Below, in pieces: positions 1-9,285 of a DNA stretch of 26,030 bases; the stretch's first letter is position 1, and the number at the start of each line of letters is the position of its first letter. The DNA lies in IMG/VR virus record IMGVR_UViG_3300029319_003723, positions 1 through 26,030 of that record; one strand, 5' to 3'. Source of the stretch: a virus. Lineage: Duplodnaviria; Caudoviricetes. Under the pieces are notes generated by a model. It was not told where the DNA came from and made no database searches. It saw only the letters and a program-made list of their open reading frames with translations. The position numbers and the translations under genes are program-made.

Positions 1-692
1 CTAAAAGCCTTGGAAGCATTACCAAGAATAATATCTACTGATTGGTTTTTAAGATCCTGCCAGTCTTTTGCCATCTGTTGCTCTCTAGCTTTAAAGCCTT
101 TATCAACAGTGTCCAAAACTCTCAGTCTCATCTTGAAACGGTCGCTGCCACCAAGAAGCTGTAGATCTTTACGTCCCTCTCTGGTGGCATCAAAACCCAT
201 ATACTTGCCGCCCAACCAAGCTGCATCGTCATGCTGGAATCCACCAATCTTAATATATGTAGGCAATCCATCAGCGGTGTTAACGCCGTGGTGTACGCTC
301 ATCATGCTACCATAGCTAGGCCACTTGGAGCTTGTGCCAGCACCAAAGTTAGCCTCGCCAGTAACTACCCAGTGTACGGAAGATGCATGGTTTTGATCTC
401 TATGACCAAACGCTCTAGGAATGACGATCTTATCTGTGCGTTTTGCTAGTTCTTTAAACAGTCCGCCAACCTCGATACCCTGAACATTGGTTTTAATTGC
501 ACCAGTTACAGACCGCCTATCAGCAGGAGCAAGAGGTATAGGATTAAAAGTCTCAATATGACTAGCACCACCATTAAGGAATAAAAATAAAACTGCCGGA
601 TCATCTACCTGTTTCTCATTTGCGATAGTTGCTGTCACGTTACCAAAGGCGTATGTTCCTACGCCAAGTTTAACAAAATCTCGTCTCTTCAT
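1..692 (-). CDS. DUF1501-family protein with twin-arginine (Tat) signal; 3' end runs off the window
   Basis: Not in the ORF track. Manual translation from ATG at 692: MKRRDFVKLGVGTYAFG...VLFLFLNGGASHIETFNP...RAFGHRDQNH...WPSYGS, open to the edge. RRDF is a Tat motif; LFLxGGxSHxETFxP and PSxGS are typical of Planctomycete-type DUF1501 proteins. AGGA RBS upstream. Confidence 0.85.
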   Translation of the reverse strand, partial: MKRRDFVKLGVGTYAFGNVTATIANEKQVDDPAVLFLFLNGGASHIETFNPIPLAPADRRSVTGAIKTNVQGIEVGGLFKELAKRTDKIVIPRAFGHRDQNHASSVHWVVTGEANFGAGTSSKWPSYGSMMSVHHGVNTADGLPTYIKIGGFQHDDAAWLGGKYMGFDATREGRKDLQLLGGSDRFKMRLRVLDTVDKGFKAREQQMAKDWQDLKNQSVDIILGNASKAF

Positions 693-714
693 TTTGTTTA
701 TCCTGTTGTAAAGA

Positions 715-1755
715 TTAACCCGGAGCTTCGTAAAAGCCAATATTAAAGTCCGGGGCTGTTCGTTTTTTCACCACCTCATCTATGCCAAGCTGAACTAGTT
801 CCTTCTCTATAGTTATACACATATTATCCGTCTCGCCTTCAAAGCTGTTCTTACAAAAATGACATAAATATTTACATCTAAAGTCAGTTCTGGTGGGATC
901 TAATACAGATGGATTGGTATTTTGTCTAATTTCTTCTACCCGCTTCCTGAGCATACCTAGAAATCTGTCTTCATCTTCCTTGGTAAAACAGAAACTATAC
1001 GGTGTAGGATCTGGTTCCCCTTCAGTATCTTTATAGAAAAAAATACTCATAATTCTATTGGGGAAATCAGGAAACATCTTGGACATGGCGTAAAAATACA
1101 GCAATAACTGTGGGTCATTCATCATTTTTTCGTAGGTTTTTTCTTCGCCACTAGACCAATTTAGACGACGACCGCTTTTCCAGTCAACCACCTCAATCGT
1201 ATCTTCGTCAAGAAGTGTAACAAGGTCAATCGTGCCCTTGATAGCCAACTGCCCTTTTTGGGTGTTTCCGTTAGCATCTACGAAGTCGAACTTTGCCCAA
1301 TCTTCCTCGATTGGTAGGTCAAAATGTGGCTCTGGATAGTAGACATTTCTGAGTCTAGGATCGAATTGACCGTCATTGTGAGTAAGAAACGTATATACTG
1401 TATCTCTTACTTCCTGTCGCTCTTTGCGATAGAATTTATGGGCAGATGTTTCACCATAATCTTTGATGGATCTTTCGATCAATTCGTCTACAAAAGTGTC
1501 AGTATAGAGATCATCCTTGCTAACTCTGACTTTGCCACACTTGTCATCTTCAATTTCTAGCCATTTTCTACGAGGATTATCCTGTTGAAACTTTTTAAGT
1601 CCAGCAAGAATCTCCATGACTTTATGGGCCATAGTTCCCATGTCTGCTCGTTTGCCGCTAGAACCTCTCCAACCTAAATTGTAGGTGATGAAATACTGCA
1701 TTTGGCAAAAATCATAATTGTTATACGATGAACTTCTAACATAGGTTACTAGCAT
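715..1755 (-). CDS. PD-(D/E)XK exonuclease, RecB/Cas4-like, probable Fe-S cluster
   Basis: N-terminal SSYNNYDFCQMQYF, GTMAHKVME, catalytic E...KGTIDLV...VVDWKSG, QLLLY motif, C-terminal CKYLCHFC cluster. Confidence 0.85.
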   Translation of the reverse strand: MLVTYVRSSSYNNYDFCQMQYFITYNLGWRGSSGKRADMGTMAHKVMEILAGLKKFQQDNPRRKWLEIEDDKCGKVRVSKDDLYTDTFVDELIERSIKDYGETSAHKFYRKERQEVRDTVYTFLTHNDGQFDPRLRNVYYPEPHFDLPIEEDWAKFDFVDANGNTQKGQLAIKGTIDLVTLLDEDTIEVVDWKSGRRLNWSSGEEKTYEKMMNDPQLLLYFYAMSKMFPDFPNRIMSIFFYKDTEGEPDPTPYSFCFTKEDEDRFLGMLRKRVEEIRQNTNPSVLDPTRTDFRCKYLCHFCKNSFEGETDNMCITIEKELVQLGIDEVVKKRTAPDFNIGFYEAPG

Positions 1756-2488
1756 AAGATTCCTTTAGGTTACGGTAAAATTCTTTAACCTTCACCATCA
1801 GAATGTCGATGCTCTCAATTTTATTGTCAATATAATCTGTGAAGGGGTAGTCATCCAGAGCTACTTCGCTCGAATGGTTATCCTCGTGAACCTCGCGTGT
1901 TAGTCGCACAACCTTACCACTGGCTTGTTCAATAGCTTTCGCCTCGTTAGGGAAGCGAACGTCTGCAATAATTGCCAGTCCTGATTGTTCCTGTTGTATT
2001 TTTTTGATGCAAGCATTGACCCAAATTGGTTCATACATCTTACGCATAACGTCTGTGCCAAAGAACTGCATGAATTCACGAGCGGTCATTGGTCCTCTTT
2101 TGTTTGGATTGTTGAATATTTCCAAACAAGGCATATTTTGCCAGAGCAGATGCGATTGATGCTGATTCTTTTGTTCGTCTGTGCCGTATACACACTCAAA
2201 CGGAACATCAAACAACTTAATACAAATCCATTTAAGATGGTCTGCAAAGCTGTAAACCTTTACAAACGGCCACATATTGTGTTCAGCCCATTCTGTGAAC
2301 GGCTTATCTTGGCGTGTAACATCAAACTCGCCCCAACCGCCACCATCACCATTATCAACAAGTAGCTCACCGCTATCACCAATATTCCAATCTTTAATGA
2401 GCCCTTGTTCTTGAAGGATGACTCCATGTAGAATATTAGCAGTAGTGTTTTTACCCGCCTGCTTACGTCCTGAGATTCCTAGAATCAT
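1736..2488 (-). CDS. Deoxynucleoside monophosphate kinase (T4 gp1-like)
   Basis: P-loop ISGRKQAGKNT, SFADHLK, REFMQFFGTDVMR, IADVRFPNE, HSSE. Confidence 0.9.
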   Translation of the reverse strand: MILGISGRKQAGKNTTANILHGVILQEQGLIKDWNIGDSGELLVDNGDGGGWGEFDVTRQDKPFTEWAEHNMWPFVKVYSFADHLKWICIKLFDVPFECVYGTDEQKNQHQSHLLWQNMPCLEIFNNPNKRGPMTAREFMQFFGTDVMRKMYEPIWVNACIKKIQQEQSGLAIIADVRFPNEAKAIEQASGKVVRLTREVHEDNHSSEVALDDYPFTDYIDNKIESIDILMVKVKEFYRNLKESYASNLC

Positions 2489-3540
2489 TAATAGTACCCT
2501 CTTAAATCCTGTAAAATATTCTTATCAATTTGTTCGCACATCATGCTTCCCAAGTCTTTTGTATGCATCTTGGGGAACACCAACTTAAATAATCTTCCTA
2601 ATTCCCGTTTGATCTTGATCTTCGACTCTCGTCCTGCTTGATCGTTATCAGTGAGGACAACAAGTCTGGTCGCACCACTGTCAAGCAATAACTTACGTTG
2701 TTGTGATGATACGTCTTTACCAAATAATCCCACCGCATTTTTGACTCCGCACTCCCATAACCTCCAAACATCGCCCTGCCCTTCTACCAGAAAAAGTGTG
2801 TCATTTCTTCCGGTTGCGTTGTGGTAGTTGTATAGGTAGTCTGTTTTCCTGATTCCTTTAGAAAAAATATATTTGGGTTGTATAAAATCTCTTGTAGACC
2901 TCCCGATCCAACCACAGTATCTTTTATCAGCGTCCCAGATGGGTATAATTGCCCTGTATCTGAGAACGCCCTTGGTTCCTCTGGGTGTTTCTTGAACTCC
3001 AAAAAATCGCAGCGTTTCCGGTTCGTATCCTCTAGCAATGAAATACGGTGAAGGGCACGATTCAGTTTTTGGTCTTGCAATATTGTCAACTGCACATGTG
3101 CTTCTAACCGTTGTTCTAGATCCTTTAATTTGGCGTACAAGCTGGTTGAAATCACCAGTAGAATTATTGCCATCATTATTGCTATTACTAGGTCCATTTT
3201 TGGATGCTCCATTTACATCGTATAATTTACAAACATACTTGAGTGCATCAGAGAATGAGTCTGTCTGTAGACAACCTTTGATGAATCCCCAAATGTTACA
3301 ACTGTAGTGATCGTGACATCCACGAGTCCAGCAACGCCAAACCTGCTTATCAAGTGCAATAGACACACCGAAGGGGTTGTCGCTGCCCTCATGAATAGGA
3401 CACTTCATAAAAATGTTTTCTGCATCCTGAGTGTACTCTAAATCAAAACTATCCAACAACTTATAAATATCTTGGAAGATGATCTCTCTTACTTTGTTTA
3501 GATCTAACGTTGTGTTTTGACGTACAGTCTTGCCACACAT
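2488..3540 (-). CDS. dnaG: DNA primase (DnaG-type, CHC2 zinc finger plus TOPRIM)
   Basis: CPIH...WRCWTRGC zinc finger; TOPRIM motifs LVEGQGDV and LTDNDQAG, then KDLG. Exact start uncertain (overlaps the GNAT gene). Confidence 0.92.
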   Translation of the reverse strand: MCGKTVRQNTTLDLNKVREIIFQDIYKLLDSFDLEYTQDAENIFMKCPIHEGSDNPFGVSIALDKQVWRCWTRGCHDHYSCNIWGFIKGCLQTDSFSDALKYVCKLYDVNGASKNGPSNSNNDGNNSTGDFNQLVRQIKGSRTTVRSTCAVDNIARPKTESCPSPYFIARGYEPETLRFFGVQETPRGTKGVLRYRAIIPIWDADKRYCGWIGRSTRDFIQPKYIFSKGIRKTDYLYNYHNATGRNDTLFLVEGQGDVWRLWECGVKNAVGLFGKDVSSQQRKLLLDSGATRLVVLTDNDQAGRESKIKIKRELGRLFKLVFPKMHTKDLGSMMCEQIDKNILQDLRGYY

Positions 3541-3968
3541 TTACAATTACCCCCACAGTATTTACAAGCCTGTCTAGTATTATTATAGTATTCGGGAAGT
3601 TCTTTTGCAAGCTCAAAACCGAAATTTTCTAGATTTTTACACGACATACATCGACCATCTGGACGAATCCAAGCATAAGAGATCACTTCTTTGCAATCTC
3701 CTAAATACTTTAATCTTTCTTCTGTTAATCTTTTTCCGACACCTTGTCCTCGATAGTCTGGATGCACAACGATACATCGTAGAAGACAATCTCCTACTGC
3801 TGCCCATCCTACTACTTTGTCACCATCAAGTGCTATCCATGCACACTCGATTTCTTCTAGATGGTTTTTAAAATAACCAACAGCAAACGCTTCATCTACA
3901 AGTTTAATTGCGTCGAACATTTGTTTGTAACCAAACAGCGGGCTAGGTATCGCTGTGTATATAATCAT
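3504..3968 (-). CDS. GNAT-family acetyltransferase with Cys-rich C-terminus
   Basis: Acetyl-CoA motif A IVVHPDYRGQGVGKRL, ENFGF motif, C-terminal CKYCGGNCKC. Confidence 0.85.
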   Translation of the reverse strand: MIIYTAIPSPLFGYKQMFDAIKLVDEAFAVGYFKNHLEEIECAWIALDGDKVVGWAAVGDCLLRCIVVHPDYRGQGVGKRLTEERLKYLGDCKEVISYAWIRPDGRCMSCKNLENFGFELAKELPEYYNNTRQACKYCGGNCKCVARLYVKTQR

Positions 3969-5029
3969 TAGACACTCTGATCGTTATGAGTACGATTGAC
4001 ACGAACGAAACGTGCCGTTTTACTAAAATCTTTTAGTGACGTAGCACCAGTATAAGCACAAGCACTACGAACACCCCCGCAGATATCTCGCACAATCCCA
4101 TCAACTTTCCCCTTGTATGGAACTTTCTTGACTCTACCTTCGCTGGTAGCGTAATTATTCATACCATCGTTATGTTTGTTTTGAGCTTTCTCTGAGGACA
4201 TACCATAAAAGATCAAGCTCTTTTTAGCTTTTTCTTCGTATTCCCATTCGCCCTCGCACTCGTCTGCTCCTGCAAGCATACCGCCCAGCATCACAAAGTC
4301 TGCCCCAGCAGCGTAGGCTTTAGCTACATCACCAGCATTTCTACAGCCGCCATCTGCACAGATGAGGCCAAGTCTACCAGCATCAGATCTTAAACCATGT
4401 GCTGTGTGGGCACACTCTGCAATAGCTGAAAGCTGTGGATATCCAACACCAGTCTTCAGTCGGGTCGTACATGCAGAGCCGGGACCAATCCCAATCTTTA
4501 CAATGTCAACTTCACCATGCAGGATGAGTTCTGACACCATCTCTGGTGTACAAACATTTCCCGCCATAATAATTGAATTAGGAAATTCTAATCTGATCTT
4601 AGCACAATAGTCAACAAACCTCTCTGTGTAACCATTGGCAATATCAATACAGATATTAGGTTGAATATATGAATTATCTTCGATATAGAATAAACGCTCT
4701 AATTCATGCTCAAGATCCATACCAATACTAATCCAAACATTATGCTCTACGTTATAATATTTGTAGTAGTCATTAATTACATCAGCGTTATAATGCTTAT
4801 GTAAACAAGTCACCATCTCATGATTGTTAAGGGCAGTTCCCATCTTGAATGTGCCAGTAGTGTCCATATTGGCAGCTACTAGCGGTACACCATGCCATTC
4901 TTTTGGTGAATGATAAAACTTAAACCTTCTAGTTAAGTCTACTTCTTTTCTACTTGCCGCTCTCGATCTTTGTGGTACGAGTAGGACATCATCAAAGTCT
5001 AGTTTTGGTTCTGGGTCAATCTTCAGCAT
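3968..5029 (-). CDS. guaC: GMP reductase
   Basis: LDFDDVLLVP, AANMDTTGTF, CIDIANGY, KIGIGPGSACTTR with catalytic Cys, ADGGC, FYGMSS, SEG; no CBS domains. The GuaC-type motifs favour GuaC over IMPDH. Confidence 0.92.
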   Translation of the reverse strand: MLKIDPEPKLDFDDVLLVPQRSRAASRKEVDLTRRFKFYHSPKEWHGVPLVAANMDTTGTFKMGTALNNHEMVTCLHKHYNADVINDYYKYYNVEHNVWISIGMDLEHELERLFYIEDNSYIQPNICIDIANGYTERFVDYCAKIRLEFPNSIIMAGNVCTPEMVSELILHGEVDIVKIGIGPGSACTTRLKTGVGYPQLSAIAECAHTAHGLRSDAGRLGLICADGGCRNAGDVAKAYAAGADFVMLGGMLAGADECEGEWEYEEKAKKSLIFYGMSSEKAQNKHNDGMNNYATSEGRVKKVPYKGKVDGIVRDICGGVRSACAYTGATSLKDFSKTARFVRVNRTHNDQSV

Positions 5030-6467
5030 CTTCTTCCTCTATGTCGAATGGTATATCGGAACCTTCAATTACATCACCATCGGGTGATGATCTCATTTCA
5101 TCTCTAGTTCGCAACTCAAGCAGTTGTGCATGTTCGCCAACCATGTTCATATTAATGTAATTACCGTCAAGTAATCCAGCACCGTGACGAGCCTTTAACG
5201 TGACAACTTTCCTGTTACCACCGTTTGGACCGTCCTCTGCTAGTTCCTCTGCGGACTTTAATTTAAATATAGAGAAAGACGTACACAACCAAATGATACG
5301 GTCAGAACCGCTCACAGCGTCCGTAGATTCCTTTGTAATACCATCACGGTTCAACTGAACAAATGATAAACATGGGAAGTCATACTTGACTGTTAGGTTA
5401 TGTAATTCTGTGATCTGGAAACCAAGAGCTTGATACTCTTGAAGATTGTTTGTAATGCCAGACGACGACATGAGCTTGAGATAATCGTACACAACAAGGC
5501 AGTCGTTGGTTCTGCCGTTCTCGTCCTGACCCACCTCACGAAGAATCCATCGCTTGATGATATTCATAATGGTTTCAAACGGGGCACCAGCTACACTGAC
5601 ATAGGTGTAGGGGATATCTCTAATTTCTTCTGCCGCATTTTTAACGGCAATAGCTTTCTCGTCATCTTCTGAAAATTTGCCCGTTGCAATGTCCTGAATA
5701 GGAACACCACTGATGTTGGCGAGGACTCTGTTGAGATGATCCTCTTTACTCATTTCAGTATCGAGCATAAGTACAGGAATTCCATTCCTAGCATTATGCA
5801 GAGCAACATTATCTGCAAAAACAGACTTGCCCACTCCGGGCCTTGCGGATACGAGATCCACACACTTACGACGTAAGCCACCACCAATGACGGAATCAAA
5901 TCGGGGAAATCCACTGGACAGTCCTATTTGGTCACATTTGTTTTCGATTAGAAATTCGATGTATTCGTCAAGATCATCACCAAGCATCTCTGGTTTTTGA
6001 CCCGACTCATCGTCACGCAAGAAATCCATGAGTGGAGTTTCTACGAGATTGATAATGTCATCAATACTCTCGTCACCAACTATGGAGTCAATATCTTTAT
6101 CTATTTTTTTAGCAATACGTTTTGCATTACGGGCAAACTCAAACTTTTTAACCTGTGCAGCAAAATGCAGGACGTTATCCTTCTTTACGGGATAGTCCAT
6201 AAGGTCACGAATATAGTCTAGCTCATATTCGGTCTTGACTACTTCTGTAAGGTTAAGTTGTTCAGCAGCGGAGAGAATTGCTGGAATGTCAGCTACAGCA
6301 TCATTCTCCAGTACCTTTTCGATACACTTGTAAATGACTTGATTGTTGCGGTTAGCGAAACTGCTATGCGTAAGGAAGTCACTTATTTCAACGTAAGATT
6401 CAAGGCCGTATGCAAATAGACCAGCTAGAACTGCCCTTTCCGCACCGACATCAGCAAGCTGATCCAT
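5016..6467 (-). CDS. dnaB: Replicative DNA helicase (DnaB family)
   Basis: AERAVLAGL N-domain, Walker A ARPGVGKS, TEM, YDYLKL, QLNR, KARHG. Start moved to ATG 6467 (GGAAGG RBS, just after the upstream stop at 6469); ORF track start is 6506. Confidence 0.95.
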   Translation of the reverse strand: MDQLADVGAERAVLAGLFAYGLESYVEISDFLTHSSFANRNNQVIYKCIEKVLENDAVADIPAILSAAEQLNLTEVVKTEYELDYIRDLMDYPVKKDNVLHFAAQVKKFEFARNAKRIAKKIDKDIDSIVGDESIDDIINLVETPLMDFLRDDESGQKPEMLGDDLDEYIEFLIENKCDQIGLSSGFPRFDSVIGGGLRRKCVDLVSARPGVGKSVFADNVALHNARNGIPVLMLDTEMSKEDHLNRVLANISGVPIQDIATGKFSEDDEKAIAVKNAAEEIRDIPYTYVSVAGAPFETIMNIIKRWILREVGQDENGRTNDCLVVYDYLKLMSSSGITNNLQEYQALGFQITELHNLTVKYDFPCLSFVQLNRDGITKESTDAVSGSDRIIWLCTSFSIFKLKSAEELAEDGPNGGNRKVVTLKARHGAGLLDGNYINMNMVGEHAQLLELRTRDEMRSSPDGDVIEGSDIPFDIEEEDAED

Positions 6468-6468
6468 G

Positions 6469-6888
6469 TTACCTTCCTGTACATCGGTTACATCTAAAGT
6501 ATTCACCGTGGACTAAAGCGGGATTGACTTGGAAATCACGACCGCAGACATGACATTCAACAGTCCGCTTCTTTACTTTACCCCTATTTCTTGACGCTCT
6601 ACCCATACGCTCAAATTTAGCGGGATCAAAATCTGGATCACGATCCTCACCCTCGTCTACCCATTGGTTTTTTCTGGCTTTCACCGGAGTTTTCCTTTTT
6701 TCTAATTTATCGTTCTTAACTACCTTAAAGTCCTCTGTCACATTTGACCGAGGTTTTGAGGAAACCGCTTCCTCTTTTAACACTGGAACTTCTTCATTTT
6801 CATTTGACTTTAACAAGCCTTGCACCAACTGAGCCTTTTGCTCATCTGTCAATGACTCTAACAATGTTTTTACAATGTCATCACTCAT
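6469..6888 (-). CDS. Hypothetical protein with C-terminal zinc ribbon
   Basis: CHVC...CNRC at the C-terminus; tightly coupled to neighbouring genes. Confidence 0.7.
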   Translation of the reverse strand: MSDDIVKTLLESLTDEQKAQLVQGLLKSNENEEVPVLKEEAVSSKPRSNVTEDFKVVKNDKLEKRKTPVKARKNQWVDEGEDRDPDFDPAKFERMGRASRNRGKVKKRTVECHVCGRDFQVNPALVHGEYFRCNRCTGR

Positions 6889-7346
6889 TTTCTCTTCCCT
6901 TTTTCAATTAAGATATCAGCCTTGCGGCGAACGTTGTATTCTCTACTTTTTAATAGCTCAAGTCTGCTCTCTGCTGTTATCAACCAATCGTTAATGCTTC
7001 TCGCTATGTCGTTTTCTCTTTTAATGAGGTCAACTTTAGTTTCATATTTCATAAACTGTACTTCGATCTGTGATACCTCGCTCGCTAGGATGCTACCAAG
7101 GTTTTCTCTACACCATCTGGCAACATTCTCACTTTTTGATCGACACCAAGCTACATGGTCTGCATATTGGTATAGTTGATAAGCGTAGTTGAAGCAGTCG
7201 TCCTGAGTTAGCTTTTCCATCTTCTCTAACGTTAGAGTCTCTGCGATGGCAAACTCTGGATTAAATTTGGTTGGAGAAACATTCTCTGCTGTAATGTATC
7301 TTTCAATACCTTCAACAAATACTTTTAATCTATCTGCTGCGTTCAA
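6885..7346 (-). CDS. Helical/coiled-coil protein, possibly UvsY-like recombination mediator
   Basis: All-helical character, size, position two genes after RecA/UvsX, and C-terminal LELLKSREYNVRR reminiscent of UvsY. Start guessed at TTG 7346 after a GGAGAG RBS (ORF track 7376). Function is inference. Confidence 0.5.
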   Translation of the reverse strand: MNAADRLKVFVEGIERYITAENVSPTKFNPEFAIAETLTLEKMEKLTQDDCFNYAYQLYQYADHVAWCRSKSENVARWCRENLGSILASEVSQIEVQFMKYETKVDLIKRENDIARSINDWLITAESRLELLKSREYNVRRKADILIEKGKRK

Positions 7347-7743
7347 TTTTCTCTCTCCAATATTCTGGGTCTTCATCCCAGCGTAGCTCTACGAGCATGA
7401 TGTCGTTAATCCTGCACCATTCTTTCTTATCTAAGTCTCGCTTCTTTGCCTGTGCAAAACCAATCTTAGATTTATGAAAGTACGGCACATATTTAAAGTG
7501 TTGTTCGCCATGCACCTCAATACCCATTGTACACGATGGAATCAAAAAGTCAAGGGCTAATTTGGATTTTCTTGTAGAAGAACCGGGAAGCGTAACTTCT
7601 TCAAGTACCTGATAGGGATGGAATAAATCTACTATAAGTTCCCTAGCTTGTAAGTGGTAGAAGCTACGCCTCGTCCGATTGTTCACTAAATATTTTTTGG
7701 TATCAAGATTATACTCTCTACCATTTAAGCCTGTGACTTTCAT
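7330..7743 (-). CDS. Vsr/DUF559-like PD-(D/E)XK endonuclease
   Basis: EEV..., LALDFLIP...IEVHGEQHF, RDLDKKEWCRINDIMLVEL. Confidence 0.8.
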   Translation of the reverse strand: MKVTGLNGREYNLDTKKYLVNNRTRRSFYHLQARELIVDLFHPYQVLEEVTLPGSSTRKSKLALDFLIPSCTMGIEVHGEQHFKYVPYFHKSKIGFAQAKKRDLDKKEWCRINDIMLVELRWDEDPEYWREKIERSR

Positions 7744-8849
7744 TAGAACAAGTCTCTTACTTCCTCGATAACAATATCTCTGAGTTCTTCGTTCTCGTTC
7801 AAAAAGTTCACCAGCTTCTCCATACCTTGAAACTTGAACGCTTTGGTTACAGCTTCTTCATCTGATGGATCAACTTCGTTGGTTGAGAGGTATTGGTGTA
7901 CGATAGGATGCGTAGCCTTATCGACTAAACAAGAAATTGTGTACCATGCACCTTTAGCCTGAATCAATGCGAAGTCTGTAGCAATAGTTGCAATCTCTTG
8001 TGACTCATCAATGCCGATACCGTAACGAATCCAACTTGCGGCTGTACTCATGGGCGTGCCACCAGCAGCAGAAGTTTTGATTACCCAGTTAGCAACTTGA
8101 CCAACATGATTGCCTGACTCTTTGGGTACTTCCCACTTGCCACGGTGTGTGATAACCATGTTGGTTCCAGCTTGGAACTGTAGCATGTTACCACAGTCTG
8201 CCATTTTACTGGGTGCAAAACGTGATCCACCAGTATTAGCAATATTGTGGGTGATAAACACGGCGATAGCTTTCATGCGTGATACGTCACCGCTGATACG
8301 CTTGAAGAACATAGACAATAAGCGTGGCAGAGCATTACGAACACCTGTGCGGATCTCTCCATCAATCTCGTCCTGTGGAACCATATTGGATGTAGAGTCA
8401 CAGATCAAGAACAGGTTCTCTTCCTCTTTAAGAAGTCGCTCCATAATATTAAGATATGTCTCAGCAGATACGATAGGTGTATCATCTGTAGCTTGGACAA
8501 TTTGGATAGCATCAACATCTAAACCTTTGATGCCACGAAAGTTTTGTTTGGTTAAACGACCTTCGGTATTTAGATAGTATACTTTCTTACCCTTAGCTTG
8601 TGCCTTAGCAGCAGCATACAGAGCGGTCGTTGTTTTCCCAGTCTTCGGGTCGCCGGTCATTACAACAACCTGCCCCTCACGCAATCCACCACCGAGTGCC
8701 ATGTCCAGTGCCGGACTAACGCTGATGGTATCATACGTTTCTAATGACTCTAATACTTTAGTGCCAGACTCAATAACATTCCCATACTTCTTGCACAATG
8801 TTGCGACGGTAGGATCGTCGTATTCAACAGTCTTCTTCTTTTTCGCCAT
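7743..8849 (-). CDS. recA: RecA/UvsX-like recombinase
   Basis: SPALDMALGGGL..G, Walker A GDPKTGKTT, TEGR, Walker B LICDS, IRYGIGID, KGAWY; divergent phage-type sequence. Confidence 0.9.
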   Translation of the reverse strand: MAKKKKTVEYDDPTVATLCKKYGNVIESGTKVLESLETYDTISVSPALDMALGGGLREGQVVVMTGDPKTGKTTTALYAAAKAQAKGKKVYYLNTEGRLTKQNFRGIKGLDVDAIQIVQATDDTPIVSAETYLNIMERLLKEEENLFLICDSTSNMVPQDEIDGEIRTGVRNALPRLLSMFFKRISGDVSRMKAIAVFITHNIANTGGSRFAPSKMADCGNMLQFQAGTNMVITHRGKWEVPKESGNHVGQVANWVIKTSAAGGTPMSTAASWIRYGIGIDESQEIATIATDFALIQAKGAWYTISCLVDKATHPIVHQYLSTNEVDPSDEEAVTKAFKFQGMEKLVNFLNENEELRDIVIEEVRDLF

Positions 8850-9285
8850 TCTCTAATTTCCTAAGTTTATTTAAAAGGTTCTTCCCGCCATAACTCTTTT
8901 TCCTAGTCTTGGCGTTTTTGTTTACTTTAATTTCTTGCTTCGGCTTTGAATTTTCATCTTCAATCTGTAACTCATATTTCTTGACAATCCCAATGACCTT
9001 TGGATGGTTTAGTGAAAAGATACCTTTGAACTCTGGTGACTCAATGGCTTTGACAAGTGCTTCTTCACTATAGTTCTTTAGTATACTATTAGCTTTAAAA
9101 AGCTGTTTCTTATACGTCCAGTCCCAAGGTTTTTTGTTCCAAAATTTATAGGGTAAAGATCCCTCATTCTTGTTTTCTGCGTTACGTTGACACATGATCG
9201 CAGCAACATATTGGGCACAAGTGCAGTAGTCTCCTGTTGTCAGGTGTTTGTATTTACTCTTTTCGCTTCTTTTCCTTTTGTTCAT
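8824..9285 (-). CDS. Hypothetical basic protein
   Basis: 153-aa ORF in the operon, overlapping both neighbours. Confidence 0.65.
   Translation of the reverse strand: MNKRKRSEKSKYKHLTTGDYCTCAQYVAAIMCQRNAENKNEGSLPYKFWNKKPWDWTYKKQLFKANSILKNYSEEALVKAIESPEFKGIFSLNHPKVIGIVKKYELQIEDENSKPKQEIKVNKNAKTRKKSYGGKNLLNKLRKLENGEKEEDC

Noticed and set aside
715-1755. CRISPR-Cas locus suggested by the Cas4-like gene
   Set aside because: No repeat-spacer array and no other cas genes are visible in the window.
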